Shown: piece by piece, positions 33,977 through 41,248 of the stretch
Layout: each line of letters starts with the position of its first letter
Numbering within the stretch: the stretch's first letter is position 1
NCBI GenBank assembly: GCA_031417495.1
Contig: JANOVQ010000057.1
Coordinates: forward strand, 1 to 41,248
Source: Pseudomonadota bacterium
Lineage (GTDB): Bacteria; Pseudomonadota; Gammaproteobacteria; Ga0077536
Direction of reading: 5' to 3'
Length of the DNA: 41,248 bases
Translations under genes and position numbers: made by a program
The notes under the pieces: generated by a model
Told to the model about the DNA's origin: nothing
Databases searched by the model: none
The model's input: the letters and a program-made list of their open reading frames with translations, nothing else

Positions 33977-36900
33977 CACGCGGTCTCGACTGCGCGGTGC
34001 GTGGCGGCGTCTTCCGACCCTTCTAAAGCCTGCAGTAATGCCTCGATCAAGGTGCCACGCCGGGTCACCGGCTGTTGCAACGCGGCACTGAATTGCGAGC
34101 GATCAAGCGACCCGATGTCGCGTACTGTGCACAGCGGGATCAGGCGTGCGGCAGGCCAGGCGGCGCGGATCTCCGTCGCAAACGTGCGGCCGTCACCGTC
34201 CGGCCACGGATAATCGAACAACACGCACGGGCGTGCGTGAGTTTCCAAGGTCCGGCGCGCGGCAGCCAGCGAATCAGCCGCCCACACGTTGAGACCGAGG
34301 GCTTTCAATTCAGCGACGAGTGCCTCACGGCGCGGCGCATAGGCCGACAGCACCAAGGCGGCCCGCTTGGCCAACCCCAGAGGTGGAGTCTCTGTCACGT
34401 TGAGCTCCGTCCCCCGCGGCACCGTAAACCAGAAGGTCGAGCCCGTGCCGAGCGTGCTGGTCATGCCGATCTCGCCACCCAGGACCGCCGCAAGTTGCCG
34501 CGAGATGGCGAGACCCAGCCCGGTGCCGCCGAAATGGCGGGTGGTGGAGGTATCCGCCTGCGTGAATTTGCTGAAAATCGCGCTGTGATGTGCTGCCGCA
34601 ATGCCGATGCCAGTGTCCTGTACAGCGATTCGCAAGCCACCCGCCGGCGTCGCAGTCGCGGTCACGATAACCCCACCCTCAGCGGTAAACTTAACGGCAT
34701 TGGCGAGCAGATTGGTCAGAATCTGGCGCAGGCACGTGGCATCGGATTCAACCACGGGCGGCGCCCCCGAGTCCCACTGGAAGGTGAGTTCCAGACGTTT
34801 CTCGCAGGCTTGTGGCGCGAACAGTTCAATCACTTCGGCGCACAGTTCGCGGGGACCGATCAGCAGGCGCTCGAGCGCGCGGGCGCCCGCTTCGAGCTTT
34901 GAGAGATCCAGAATATCGTTGAGCAGGGTGAGCAGGGCTTTGCCGCGCTGCGCGACGGTTTCCGCCAGACTGTGCTGATCGGGGGTCAGGTCCGTGCTCA
35001 GGAGGATTTCAGTACAGCCCAGCACGCCGTTCAAAGGGGTGCGGATTTCATGGCTCATGGTGGCGAGGAAATCACTCTTCGCGCGGGTCGCGAGGTCCGC
35101 CTCATCGCGCGCGGCTATCAGCGCCTGTTCCGTTGCTTTGAATTGAGTGACATCCAGGTAAGTCCCCAGCACCCCGATAATCTCGCGCGCCGCATTGCGC
35201 AGCGGCATCAACGAAAAGGATATCCACTGGGCCTGACCAGCGCGGTGTTTAAACGACACAATCTGCTCGCGAATCCCGCTTTCCTCCGCAATGACCTGCC
35301 AATCCGCGGCTTCGTAACGCGCGAGTTCTTGTGCCGAATATCCCAATTCGCGCGCGGTTAAACCGGTGACGCTATATTTGTGGTGATCGTCGGCGAACGC
35401 CTTGTTGGAGCCGAGATAGCGACCATCGAGATCCTTCCAGAACACGCGTTGCGGCAGCAGATCGAGCACTGAACGAAGGAGCACCTGGGCATCGCGCAGG
35501 CGCTCTGAGGTGCGCTTGCGTTCGGTGATGTCGGTTTGGGTACCGGCGATCAGCAGGGGCTCGCCGGCGGTATCGCGCGTCACAATTTGGCCCCGCTCCT
35601 GCAACCAACCCCATTCATTATGCGCACGCCGGACGCGAAACTCCGCTTCGAAAAGCGGCATGTCGCCTTCCATATGTGCCGCCAACGCGCGTTCGACGCG
35701 CGCGGTATCGTCAGGGTGGACGGTGTGCCAGGTGTCCTCTACCGAGTAGATCTCGTGCACGGGTAAGGCATGCAATTCGCACCAGCGCGGATTTACCCGA
35801 ACCTGGCCAGTGCGGTAATCCCATTCCCAGGTTCCAAGGTCGCCGCCGCGCACCACCAGCTCAAGGCGATCGGCAGTCGCGCGAACCGCAAGTTCCGCGT
35901 TTTTGCGCGCCGTAATATCCACTAAGGTGCCGGTAAATTTCACCGAGTTATCCGCCAGCACGCGCGGTTGCGAACGTCCTTCGAGCCAGAGCACCCGTCC
36001 ATCGTTGAACCTGCAACGAAACTCATGGAGCCAGGGGCTGGCTTGCCGAGTGGCATGATCGATTGAAGCAAGCAATGCAGGGAGATCTTCAGCTGCCACG
36101 GTGCTCAGCAAGTTCTCTATTTTTTGGAAGCCCGCGGCCGCGTCAAGACCCAGGAGATCATGGAGCAGCGGACTGGTTGATTCGAAATAGCCCTGGCCAT
36201 CGGGCGCTTGGAGAAACTCGAAAATGATGCCCGGCGCATTGGCGATAATTTCCGCCATTTTGGTGTTGCCCGCCTGCATGGCGATGCGGATGGCGCGTTG
36301 TTCGGACATGTCGGTAAGCGAGCCGGCGACGCGAATCGCGCGGCCCTGGGGATTCCACAGCGCCTGACCGCGCGACATCACCCAACAGTATTCGCCGTTT
36401 GAACGCCGCAACCGGAACTCACAGTGATAAGGTGCGCGGTCACGCAGATGCGCAATCGCGACCTCTTTGAAACTCGCGAGATCGGCCGGGTGGATCAGCT
36501 CATCGAACTCCTGGATGAACTGCGGGATAGCGGCCAGTGGCAGATCGAGCAATTCGGCGAGGCGCGGAGAAAACGCGCTTCGTCCATTGCCAAGATCAAC
36601 ATCCCAAATGACTTCAGCCGCGCCACGCGTGGCCAAGTCGAAGCGCTCAAGTTGCGCTTTGAGCGCGTCCTCGCCCGCCTGGCGCGCCGCGATTGAGGCC
36701 GCCAGAGTTTCAGCCAGCACGCCAATTTCGCGCACAACGATGCCCGTGCTTTTTAGCGCCCTGCCCGCAAGATGCCCCGTCGTCGCGGCTTCTGCCAGTG
36801 CCGTGAGCGGGGCGACAACCAGGCGATGAACCACGACCAAGGTCAATTTTATCAGGACGCCAAGCAACGCAATGACAGCGAGAATCTGCTGGCCTATAGC

Positions 36901-37149
36901 AGCCTCTAACATCTGATCAACTCCGGTCGCCTGAAGCCCGGCATGGTTTGAAATTTGCTGCAGAAAATAATAGACCGCGCCAGTGATCAGCGTGGCTACC
37001 GCGAGCAACCACCACGTCAGGCGATTCAGCAAAGACGGCAAGACGGTCGCGGTTCGCGTGTTCACGCCGGCACCTGCAGAGTCGCAATCCAGGGTGTACG
37101 CGGGTGGAATTTCAAGGTCAGCGGCATGCAGGTCCCTGGACTGAAACAC
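33970..37149 (-). CDS. multi-PAS hybrid sensor histidine kinase with degenerate C-terminal receiver
   Basis: Two N-terminal TM segments, a HAMP-like linker and several PAS/PAC repeats. HisKA H-box FLATMSHEIRTPLNGV. HATPase GGTGLGLAISRQL. The receiver-like C-terminus keeps the putative acceptor Asp (VLFDYPWPDGDG) but lacks the N-terminal acidic pair (VLSAYAP). GTG start is uncertain. Confidence 0.9.
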   Translation of the reverse strand: MFQSRDLHAADLEIPPAYTLDCDSAGAGVNTRTATVLPSLLNRLTWWLLAVATLITGAVYYFLQQISNHAGLQATGVDQMLEAAIGQQILAVIALLGVLIKLTLVVVHRLVVAPLTALAEAATTGHLAGRALKSTGIVVREIGVLAETLAASIAARQAGEDALKAQLERFDLATRGAAEVIWDVDLGNGRSAFSPRLAELLDLPLAAIPQFIQEFDELIHPADLASFKEVAIAHLRDRAPYHCEFRLRRSNGEYCWVMSRGQALWNPQGRAIRVAGSLTDMSEQRAIRIAMQAGNTKMAEIIANAPGIIFEFLQAPDGQGYFESTSPLLHDLLGLDAAAGFQKIENLLSTVAAEDLPALLASIDHATRQASPWLHEFRCRFNDGRVLWLEGRSQPRVLADNSVKFTGTLVDITARKNAELAVRATADRLELVVRGGDLGTWEWDYRTGQVRVNPRWCELHALPVHEIYSVEDTWHTVHPDDTARVERALAAHMEGDMPLFEAEFRVRRAHNEWGWLQERGQIVTRDTAGEPLLIAGTQTDITERKRTSERLRDAQVLLRSVLDLLPQRVFWKDLDGRYLGSNKAFADDHHKYSVTGLTARELGYSAQELARYEAADWQVIAEESGIREQIVSFKHRAGQAQWISFSLMPLRNAAREIIGVLGTYLDVTQFKATEQALIAARDEADLATRAKSDFLATMSHEIRTPLNGVLGCTEILLSTDLTPDQHSLAETVAQRGKALLTLLNDILDLSKLEAGARALERLLIGPRELCAEVIELFAPQACEKRLELTFQWDSGAPPVVESDATCLRQILTNLLANAVKFTAEGGVIVTATATPAGGLRIAVQDTGIGIAAAHHSAIFSKFTQADTSTTRHFGGTGLGLAISRQLAAVLGGEIGMTSTLGTGSTFWFTVPRGTELNVTETPPLGLAKRAALVLSAYAPRREALVAELKALGLNVWAADSLAAARRTLETHARPCVLFDYPWPDGDGRTFATEIRAAWPAARLIPLCTVRDIGSLDRSQFSAALQQPVTRRGTLIEALLQALEGSEDAATHRAVETACL

Positions 37150-37315
37150 ATCAGCTCGTTAGCGGGTTGCCAACGGGAATGCTTGACCTTGGAAACAGCG
37201 CAAGCGCGGGGGGGACTGCGGCGATACCTGCGAATCCCCCTATGATGTGGGTCAGAACTGCTTTCGCAACGACGAGTAACAATTTGCGCCCAACTCCCTG
37301 CCAGCTGAATACACC

Positions 37316-38560
37316 GTGCAAAGTTTGACCACGCGCGGATCGGAATTCGTGCGCCTCGCCTGTCTCATCCTTGCCGGTGAGGCGATTTTCAGTCTGCCGT
37401 TTCACGTGCCGAGATTCTTCCGCCCGACGTTGCTCAGCGAATTCGCGCTGAGCAACACTGAACTCGGGGATATCTTTGCGATTTATGGCCTCACCGCGAT
37501 GCTGGCTTATTTCCCTGGCGGCACCTTGGCGGATCGTTATTCGACGCGCGCGTTGCTGGCCGTCTCGCTGTGGGCCACGGCGGCCGGTGGCCTTTATCTC
37601 GCGACTATTCCCGGGGTGCAGGGACTGTCGTTTTTGTATGGTTATTGGGGGATCACCACTATTCTGTTGTTTTGGGCAGCCCTGATTCGCGCCACCCGCG
37701 AGTGGGGCGGGGCGTTGGCGCAGGGTCGCGCTTTTGGCTTGCTCGATGGCGGACGCGGCTTAGTCGCCGCCGTCCTCGCAAGTGTGGCGGTGACGGTCCT
37801 GGCACGCACCATGGACAGTGCCATGGGCGCGGATCTCCGGGCGGTGATTTATTTTTATAGTGGTGTCACCTTCAGTGCGGGGCTGCTCTGCTGGTGGGTC
37901 ATTCCCCCTCGCGAAACCACTCGCGAGGGGACGCGCCTAAGTCTGGCACGGGTGCGCCAGGTGCTCGGCCAACCGGTGGTGTGGTGGCAGGCGTTGATCG
38001 TGGTCGCCGCCTATTGCGGCTATAAAGGCCTCGATTACTACGCGCTCTTTGCGCAACAGGCGTTGGGTATGCGCGAGCTCGCGGCGGCGCAATGGATGGC
38101 GGCCGCGGCGTATCTGCGGCCGCTCGCGGCAGTGGCCGCCGGTTTCTGTGCGGATCGCGTGGGCATCTCGCGTTTGGTGAGTGGGCTCTTCGCGCTCGGT
38201 TGCGCGGCATATCTCGCTGCCGGCGCCAGCAACGCGCTGCCAACCCTGTGGCTTGCCGCTAATCTGGTGCTGACGATCATCGCGGTGTATGCGCTGCGCG
38301 GCGTGTACTTTGCGCTGCTGGAAGAAACCCGCGTGGCGCCTGCCTTCACGGGTACGGCGGTCGGCTTAATTTCGGTAGTGGGCTATACGCCGGATGTTTT
38401 TTTCGCGCCGCTCGCCGGGCGTCTGCTTGATCGTGCGCCCGGGCTGCCGGGATTTCAGCAGGTGTTTCTGGTGTTAGCCGGGGTGTTCGCAGTGGGCGTG
38501 TGGGCAACGTTGCGCTTGCGTGGGGTGACGCTGCGTCAACGGAATTCGGAGGTCGGATGA
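37316..38560 (+). CDS. MFS transporter
   Basis: 414 aa with about 12 hydrophobic segments. The loop 2-3 motif GGTLADRYSTR resembles the MFS G-x-x-x-D-R-x-G-R-R signature. GTG start. Confidence 0.8.
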   Translation: MQSLTTRGSEFVRLACLILAGEAIFSLPFHVPRFFRPTLLSEFALSNTELGDIFAIYGLTAMLAYFPGGTLADRYSTRALLAVSLWATAAGGLYLATIPGVQGLSFLYGYWGITTILLFWAALIRATREWGGALAQGRAFGLLDGGRGLVAAVLASVAVTVLARTMDSAMGADLRAVIYFYSGVTFSAGLLCWWVIPPRETTREGTRLSLARVRQVLGQPVVWWQALIVVAAYCGYKGLDYYALFAQQALGMRELAAAQWMAAAAYLRPLAAVAAGFCADRVGISRLVSGLFALGCAAYLAAGASNALPTLWLAANLVLTIIAVYALRGVYFALLEETRVAPAFTGTAVGLISVVGYTPDVFFAPLAGRLLDRAPGLPGFQQVFLVLAGVFAVGVWATLRLRGVTLRQRNSEVG

Positions 38561-38568
38561 AAGACCTA

Positions 38569-39336
38569 TTAACACTCCACCACGCTGCTCCCCGGCACCG
38601 CCAATTGCCGCACTTCCGCCATACTCAAATGCCGCCACGCCCCTTTCGCGAGAAAGCCTAACCGCAAGTCCCCGATCGCAATGCGCAACAAGCGCAACAC
38701 TGGATGACCGACCGCCTCGAGCATTCGTCGCAGATGTCGGTTGCGACCTTCCAGCAACGCAAATTCAAGCCAGGCGTTGCGCTCGCCATGGCGCAGTAAG
38801 CTCGCGTACTGTACCCGCAGCAACTCACCATCGTGCGCGATCACGCCTTCATTCAAGCGCGCCAGGGTCACCGCCGCCGGAATCCCTTCCACCTGTACGT
38901 GATAAGTGCGAGGCACTTGATGGCCGGGGCTAAGCAGCGCGGCGGACCATTCCGAATTATTGGTAAACAGCAGCAGCCCTTCACTCGCTTGATCGAGGCG
39001 GCCGACTGGCGCCACCCATGGCAGCGCGCTGGCGGTGAAGCAGCGATACACGGTGTCGCGCCCGCGCTCATCGCTGGCAGTGGTGACCAGGCCGCGGGGT
39101 TTGTTGAGCATCACATACACCGGCGGCGCGTGTACAAGCGGTGCGCCATCCACTTCGATAAGGCTGTCGGTGCGCGTCGGCGCTTCGGGATCGCGCACGA
39201 TCACGCCATTCAACTGCACCCTGCCGGCGATGATTAATTCCGCGGCCGCGGAACGCGAGCAAATGCCGCGCTTGGACAGCGCGCGCGCCAACCCGATGTG
39301 GCGATCTTCGCGGGTTTTGGCGCGCAGGCTACGCAC
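38569..39336 (-). CDS. RsuA/RluB/RluE/RluF-family pseudouridine synthase with S4 domain
   Basis: S4-like LARALSKRGICSRSAAAELIIAGRVQLNG. Catalytic motif VGRLDQASEGLLLFTNN. The GTG at 39336 lies 7 nt after the upstream stop. The ORF-track ATG at 39414 would overlap by 71 nt. Confidence 0.85.
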   Translation of the reverse strand: MRSLRAKTREDRHIGLARALSKRGICSRSAAAELIIAGRVQLNGVIVRDPEAPTRTDSLIEVDGAPLVHAPPVYVMLNKPRGLVTTASDERGRDTVYRCFTASALPWVAPVGRLDQASEGLLLFTNNSEWSAALLSPGHQVPRTYHVQVEGIPAAVTLARLNEGVIAHDGELLRVQYASLLRHGERNAWLEFALLEGRNRHLRRMLEAVGHPVLRLLRIAIGDLRLGFLAKGAWRHLSMAEVRQLAVPGSSVVEC

Positions 39337-39343
39337 GGGTGAA

Positions 39344-40570
39344 CTAACCGCCGAACAACTGACGGCCGATTCGGTAGCCGCCGATGTAAGTCCCGAGTGA
39401 CGCGCCCAGGCCACTCAACAAAAACACCAGCAAGGTGCGTGCGACGCGGTTCTGCCACCAGCCGCGCCAGTTGGCAGTCTCGTTCCGCAGGCGCGCGAAA
39501 TCTCCCACGGTGGGGCGTCGGAGCGTGGCCTCGCTCAGGGCGGTAAACATTCCAATGCCGATCGCGGGATGCAGGGTGGTGAACGGGGCCCCCACCAAGG
39601 CGGTCACAATGGTGAGTGGATGTCCGCCCGCGAGCAGGGCGCCGAGGGCGGCGAGCCCACCCGTGAACACCACCCACTCGGCGACCATCCGCCAGCCAAT
39701 TTCGGGATTGCGGGCAAAACCGAGCGCGATCCCACCCACAATGAAGATTGCGAGCAGCCACGGCAGCGCACGCCACATCCGCGAGGGGGGTGGCAAGGTT
39801 TCCAGCGCGGCCAATGTGCGGTGCGGATCCGGCACGCGCGCTTCCAACGCCGCACTCAGGCCGCTGAGGTGCCCTGCCCCGACCACGGCCAGAATTCGCG
39901 CATGCCCGGCGGCGGCAAGCTGCGCCAGGCGGGCGGCCATGAATTGGTCGCGCTCGACAATCAACGGGGTGTAGATCTCGTCGGCATTGCTCGCGAACTC
40001 AGCAAACGTTGCTTCCAGCAAGTCGCGATCTTTCAGCCGTTCGATTTCTTCTTCGGCAATGGCCTCGGTGGTGAGTGCGCTGGCGAGCAGTCCGCTGAAA
40101 AGAGTGGTTCGGCGCCACCACGGCACCTTGCGATAAATGCGGCGCAGGGTGATGCCGATATCGCGATCAATCGTTGCCAGTGGCAGTGCGCGGTCGCGCG
40201 CGCCGTCGATCGCCGCGCGCATTTCCGCGCCGGGCTCAATGCCGAATTGGTGGCCGAGGCGTTGTTGAAACGCGCCGAGCGCCAACATGGCCGCGATTAG
40301 TGTCACCTTGCCATCGCGGATCACCTTCACCAGGTCCATTTTCGCCAATGCTTCGGGATCGCTCAGCGCGCGCGCCCGACTGGCGCATAACTCGACTGCG
40401 ATGCAGTCGTAGTCACCGCGGGCAATTTCGCGGGCCACGGCATCGCGACTCGCGCGCGACACATGGGCGGTGCCGAGCAGGCGGATCGAGGTAGTCCCAA
40501 GTTGGACTTCGCGAAAAGGCGGGGCCGCGATTTCTTCAGCGCGCAGCGCAGGGGGCGAATTGTTAAGCAT
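39344..40570 (-). CDS. TraB/GumN family protein with C-terminal membrane domain
   Basis: IRLLGTAHVSRASRDAV...YDCIAVELCASR matches the TraB-family signature. AVVGAGHLSGL follows, then about 4 TM segments. Confidence 0.8.
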   Translation of the reverse strand: MLNNSPPALRAEEIAAPPFREVQLGTTSIRLLGTAHVSRASRDAVAREIARGDYDCIAVELCASRARALSDPEALAKMDLVKVIRDGKVTLIAAMLALGAFQQRLGHQFGIEPGAEMRAAIDGARDRALPLATIDRDIGITLRRIYRKVPWWRRTTLFSGLLASALTTEAIAEEEIERLKDRDLLEATFAEFASNADEIYTPLIVERDQFMAARLAQLAAAGHARILAVVGAGHLSGLSAALEARVPDPHRTLAALETLPPPSRMWRALPWLLAIFIVGGIALGFARNPEIGWRMVAEWVVFTGGLAALGALLAGGHPLTIVTALVGAPFTTLHPAIGIGMFTALSEATLRRPTVGDFARLRNETANWRGWWQNRVARTLLVFLLSGLGASLGTYIGGYRIGRQLFGG

Positions 40571-40695
40571 GCGCAGAGTTTAACGGAGTGCACGCAATTC
40601 AGCCGAGATTAAGTGCGTGGTCGATAGTTCGAAGCTTGCCTCGTTCCCGCTGCCCGGCGCATGATTACGTGGCCCATAAGCGTTGAGGAATTCTC

Positions 40696-41100
40696 ATGTT
40701 GAGTCGCAAACTCTGGCCGGGTCTGGTCCTCTTTCTCGCCACGTTGAGCGGGTCCGGCGCGCTGGCGGATCAGCGCAGTTTCGGCGCGATGCGTTCGCGG
40801 GACTACGATGATCGCGGTGGTTATTATCCGCCGCGCCATCAGCAGCCGGTGTTACCCACGCGCCCGTTCTTCGTGCAGCCGTACCCACGTCGGCAATTGG
40901 AGCAAGAGGATAACCGCGCTTATCGACATGGTTATCAGGAAGGCTATGGCGATGGGTATTCGGAGCGCGATGGGCACCAGGGTCGGCGCCATGGCCACGA
41001 TGCGCGATATGGTGGGTCTTATCAGTCTCCTAACGACTACCAGCAGCCGAATTATTACGGGCCACGACCGGGCGCTTCAATCTACTACAACAACCGGTAA
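40696..41100 (+). CDS. secreted low-complexity Tyr/Gly/Arg/Gln/Asp/Pro-rich protein
   Basis: GAGGAA SD. Signal peptide MLSRKLWPGLVLFLATLSGSGALA. The mature part of about 110 aa has no hydrophobic core and many Tyr (YRHGYQEGYGDGY, YQQPNYYGPRP, IYYNNR). Confidence 0.6.
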   Translation: MLSRKLWPGLVLFLATLSGSGALADQRSFGAMRSRDYDDRGGYYPPRHQQPVLPTRPFFVQPYPRRQLEQEDNRAYRHGYQEGYGDGYSERDGHQGRRHGHDARYGGSYQSPNDYQQPNYYGPRPGASIYYNNR

Positions 41101-41135
41101 AGACGGGCTGCGACTTCGGGACTGTGCGCTTTTAT

Positions 41136-41165
41136 AGGTCGGCTTACGCTGCGCTTATTCGACCT
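41136..41165. repeat. REP-like imperfect palindrome, same family as 33908-33937
   Basis: AGGTCGGCTTACGCTGCGCTTATTCGACCT. Its reverse complement matches 33908-33937 at 27/30. It lies between convergent gene ends. Confidence 0.5.
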
Positions 41166-41184
41166 GTAACCTTATTCGGATTTT

Positions 41185-41248
41185 TCACCGCTGGCACCGC
41201 GCGCAGAAATAACTCATGCGCTGGCCGATCACCCGCTGCCGGATTTCG
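41185..41248 (-). CDS. mutM: formamidopyrimidine-DNA glycosylase, C-terminal zinc-finger end (partial, runs off the window)
   Basis: The minus-strand frame reads EIRQRVIGQRMSYFCARCQR*. This resembles the Fpg C-terminal ...R.T.(Y/F)C..CQ(R/K) zinc finger. Only 20 codons are visible. Confidence 0.55.
   Translation of the reverse strand, partial: EIRQRVIGQRMSYFCARCQR

Noticed and set aside
1-41248. CRISPR arrays, tRNA/rRNA genes, transposases, integrases, phage or toxin-antitoxin/defence modules
   Set aside because: I noticed no regularly spaced direct repeats, no tRNA-like T-arm (GGTTCGAATCC-type) sequences in intergenic regions, and no ORF with transposase, integrase or defence-system motifs. 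The only mobile-type sequences are the non-coding MITE/REP-like repeats.

Overview
GC-rich proteobacterial chromosomal window with about 30 genes. Housekeeping genes with clear motifs: ppc, arfB, ridA-like, metF, tkt-gap-pgk, a pseudouridine synthase and the 3' end of mutM. The main feature is a tightly packed minus-strand operon of about 12.6 kb (7714-20353). It encodes an MSH/T2SS-like type IV filament machine: ExeA/MshM-like AAA ATPase, lipoprotein secretin, GspB-like/TPR protein, GspE/MshE ATPase, GspF platform, three motif-poor bitopic or periplasmic proteins, a 610-aa GspK/PilX-like protein and one 273-aa prepilin. A sigma-54 response regulator sits directly upstream and overlaps the metF stop. 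The gene order differs from Vibrio MSHA, and only one canonical prepilin signal is present. No prepilin peptidase or retraction ATPase is in the window. The MshE-like ATPase keeps the tandem N-terminal c-di-GMP-binding motif, and a PAS-GGDEF-EAL gene lies divergent from metF. A 167-bp MITE-like element with 22-bp terminal inverted repeats sits inside the operon between the secretin and the TPR gene. A 51-nt identical half-copy lies upstream of tkt. Other content: a decayed left end (Rieske oxygenase with an in-frame TGA, CMD-family gene with a TAG and a frameshift), a NicX-like/acyl-CoA dehydrogenase/acyl-CoA ligase module after pgk, a 1059-aa multi-PAS hybrid histidine kinase with a degenerate receiver, REP-like palindromes at convergent gene ends, and a secreted Tyr/Gly/Arg/Gln-rich protein. 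I saw no tRNA, rRNA, CRISPR array, transposase or phage genes. All calls rest on motif recognition by eye; no database search was possible.
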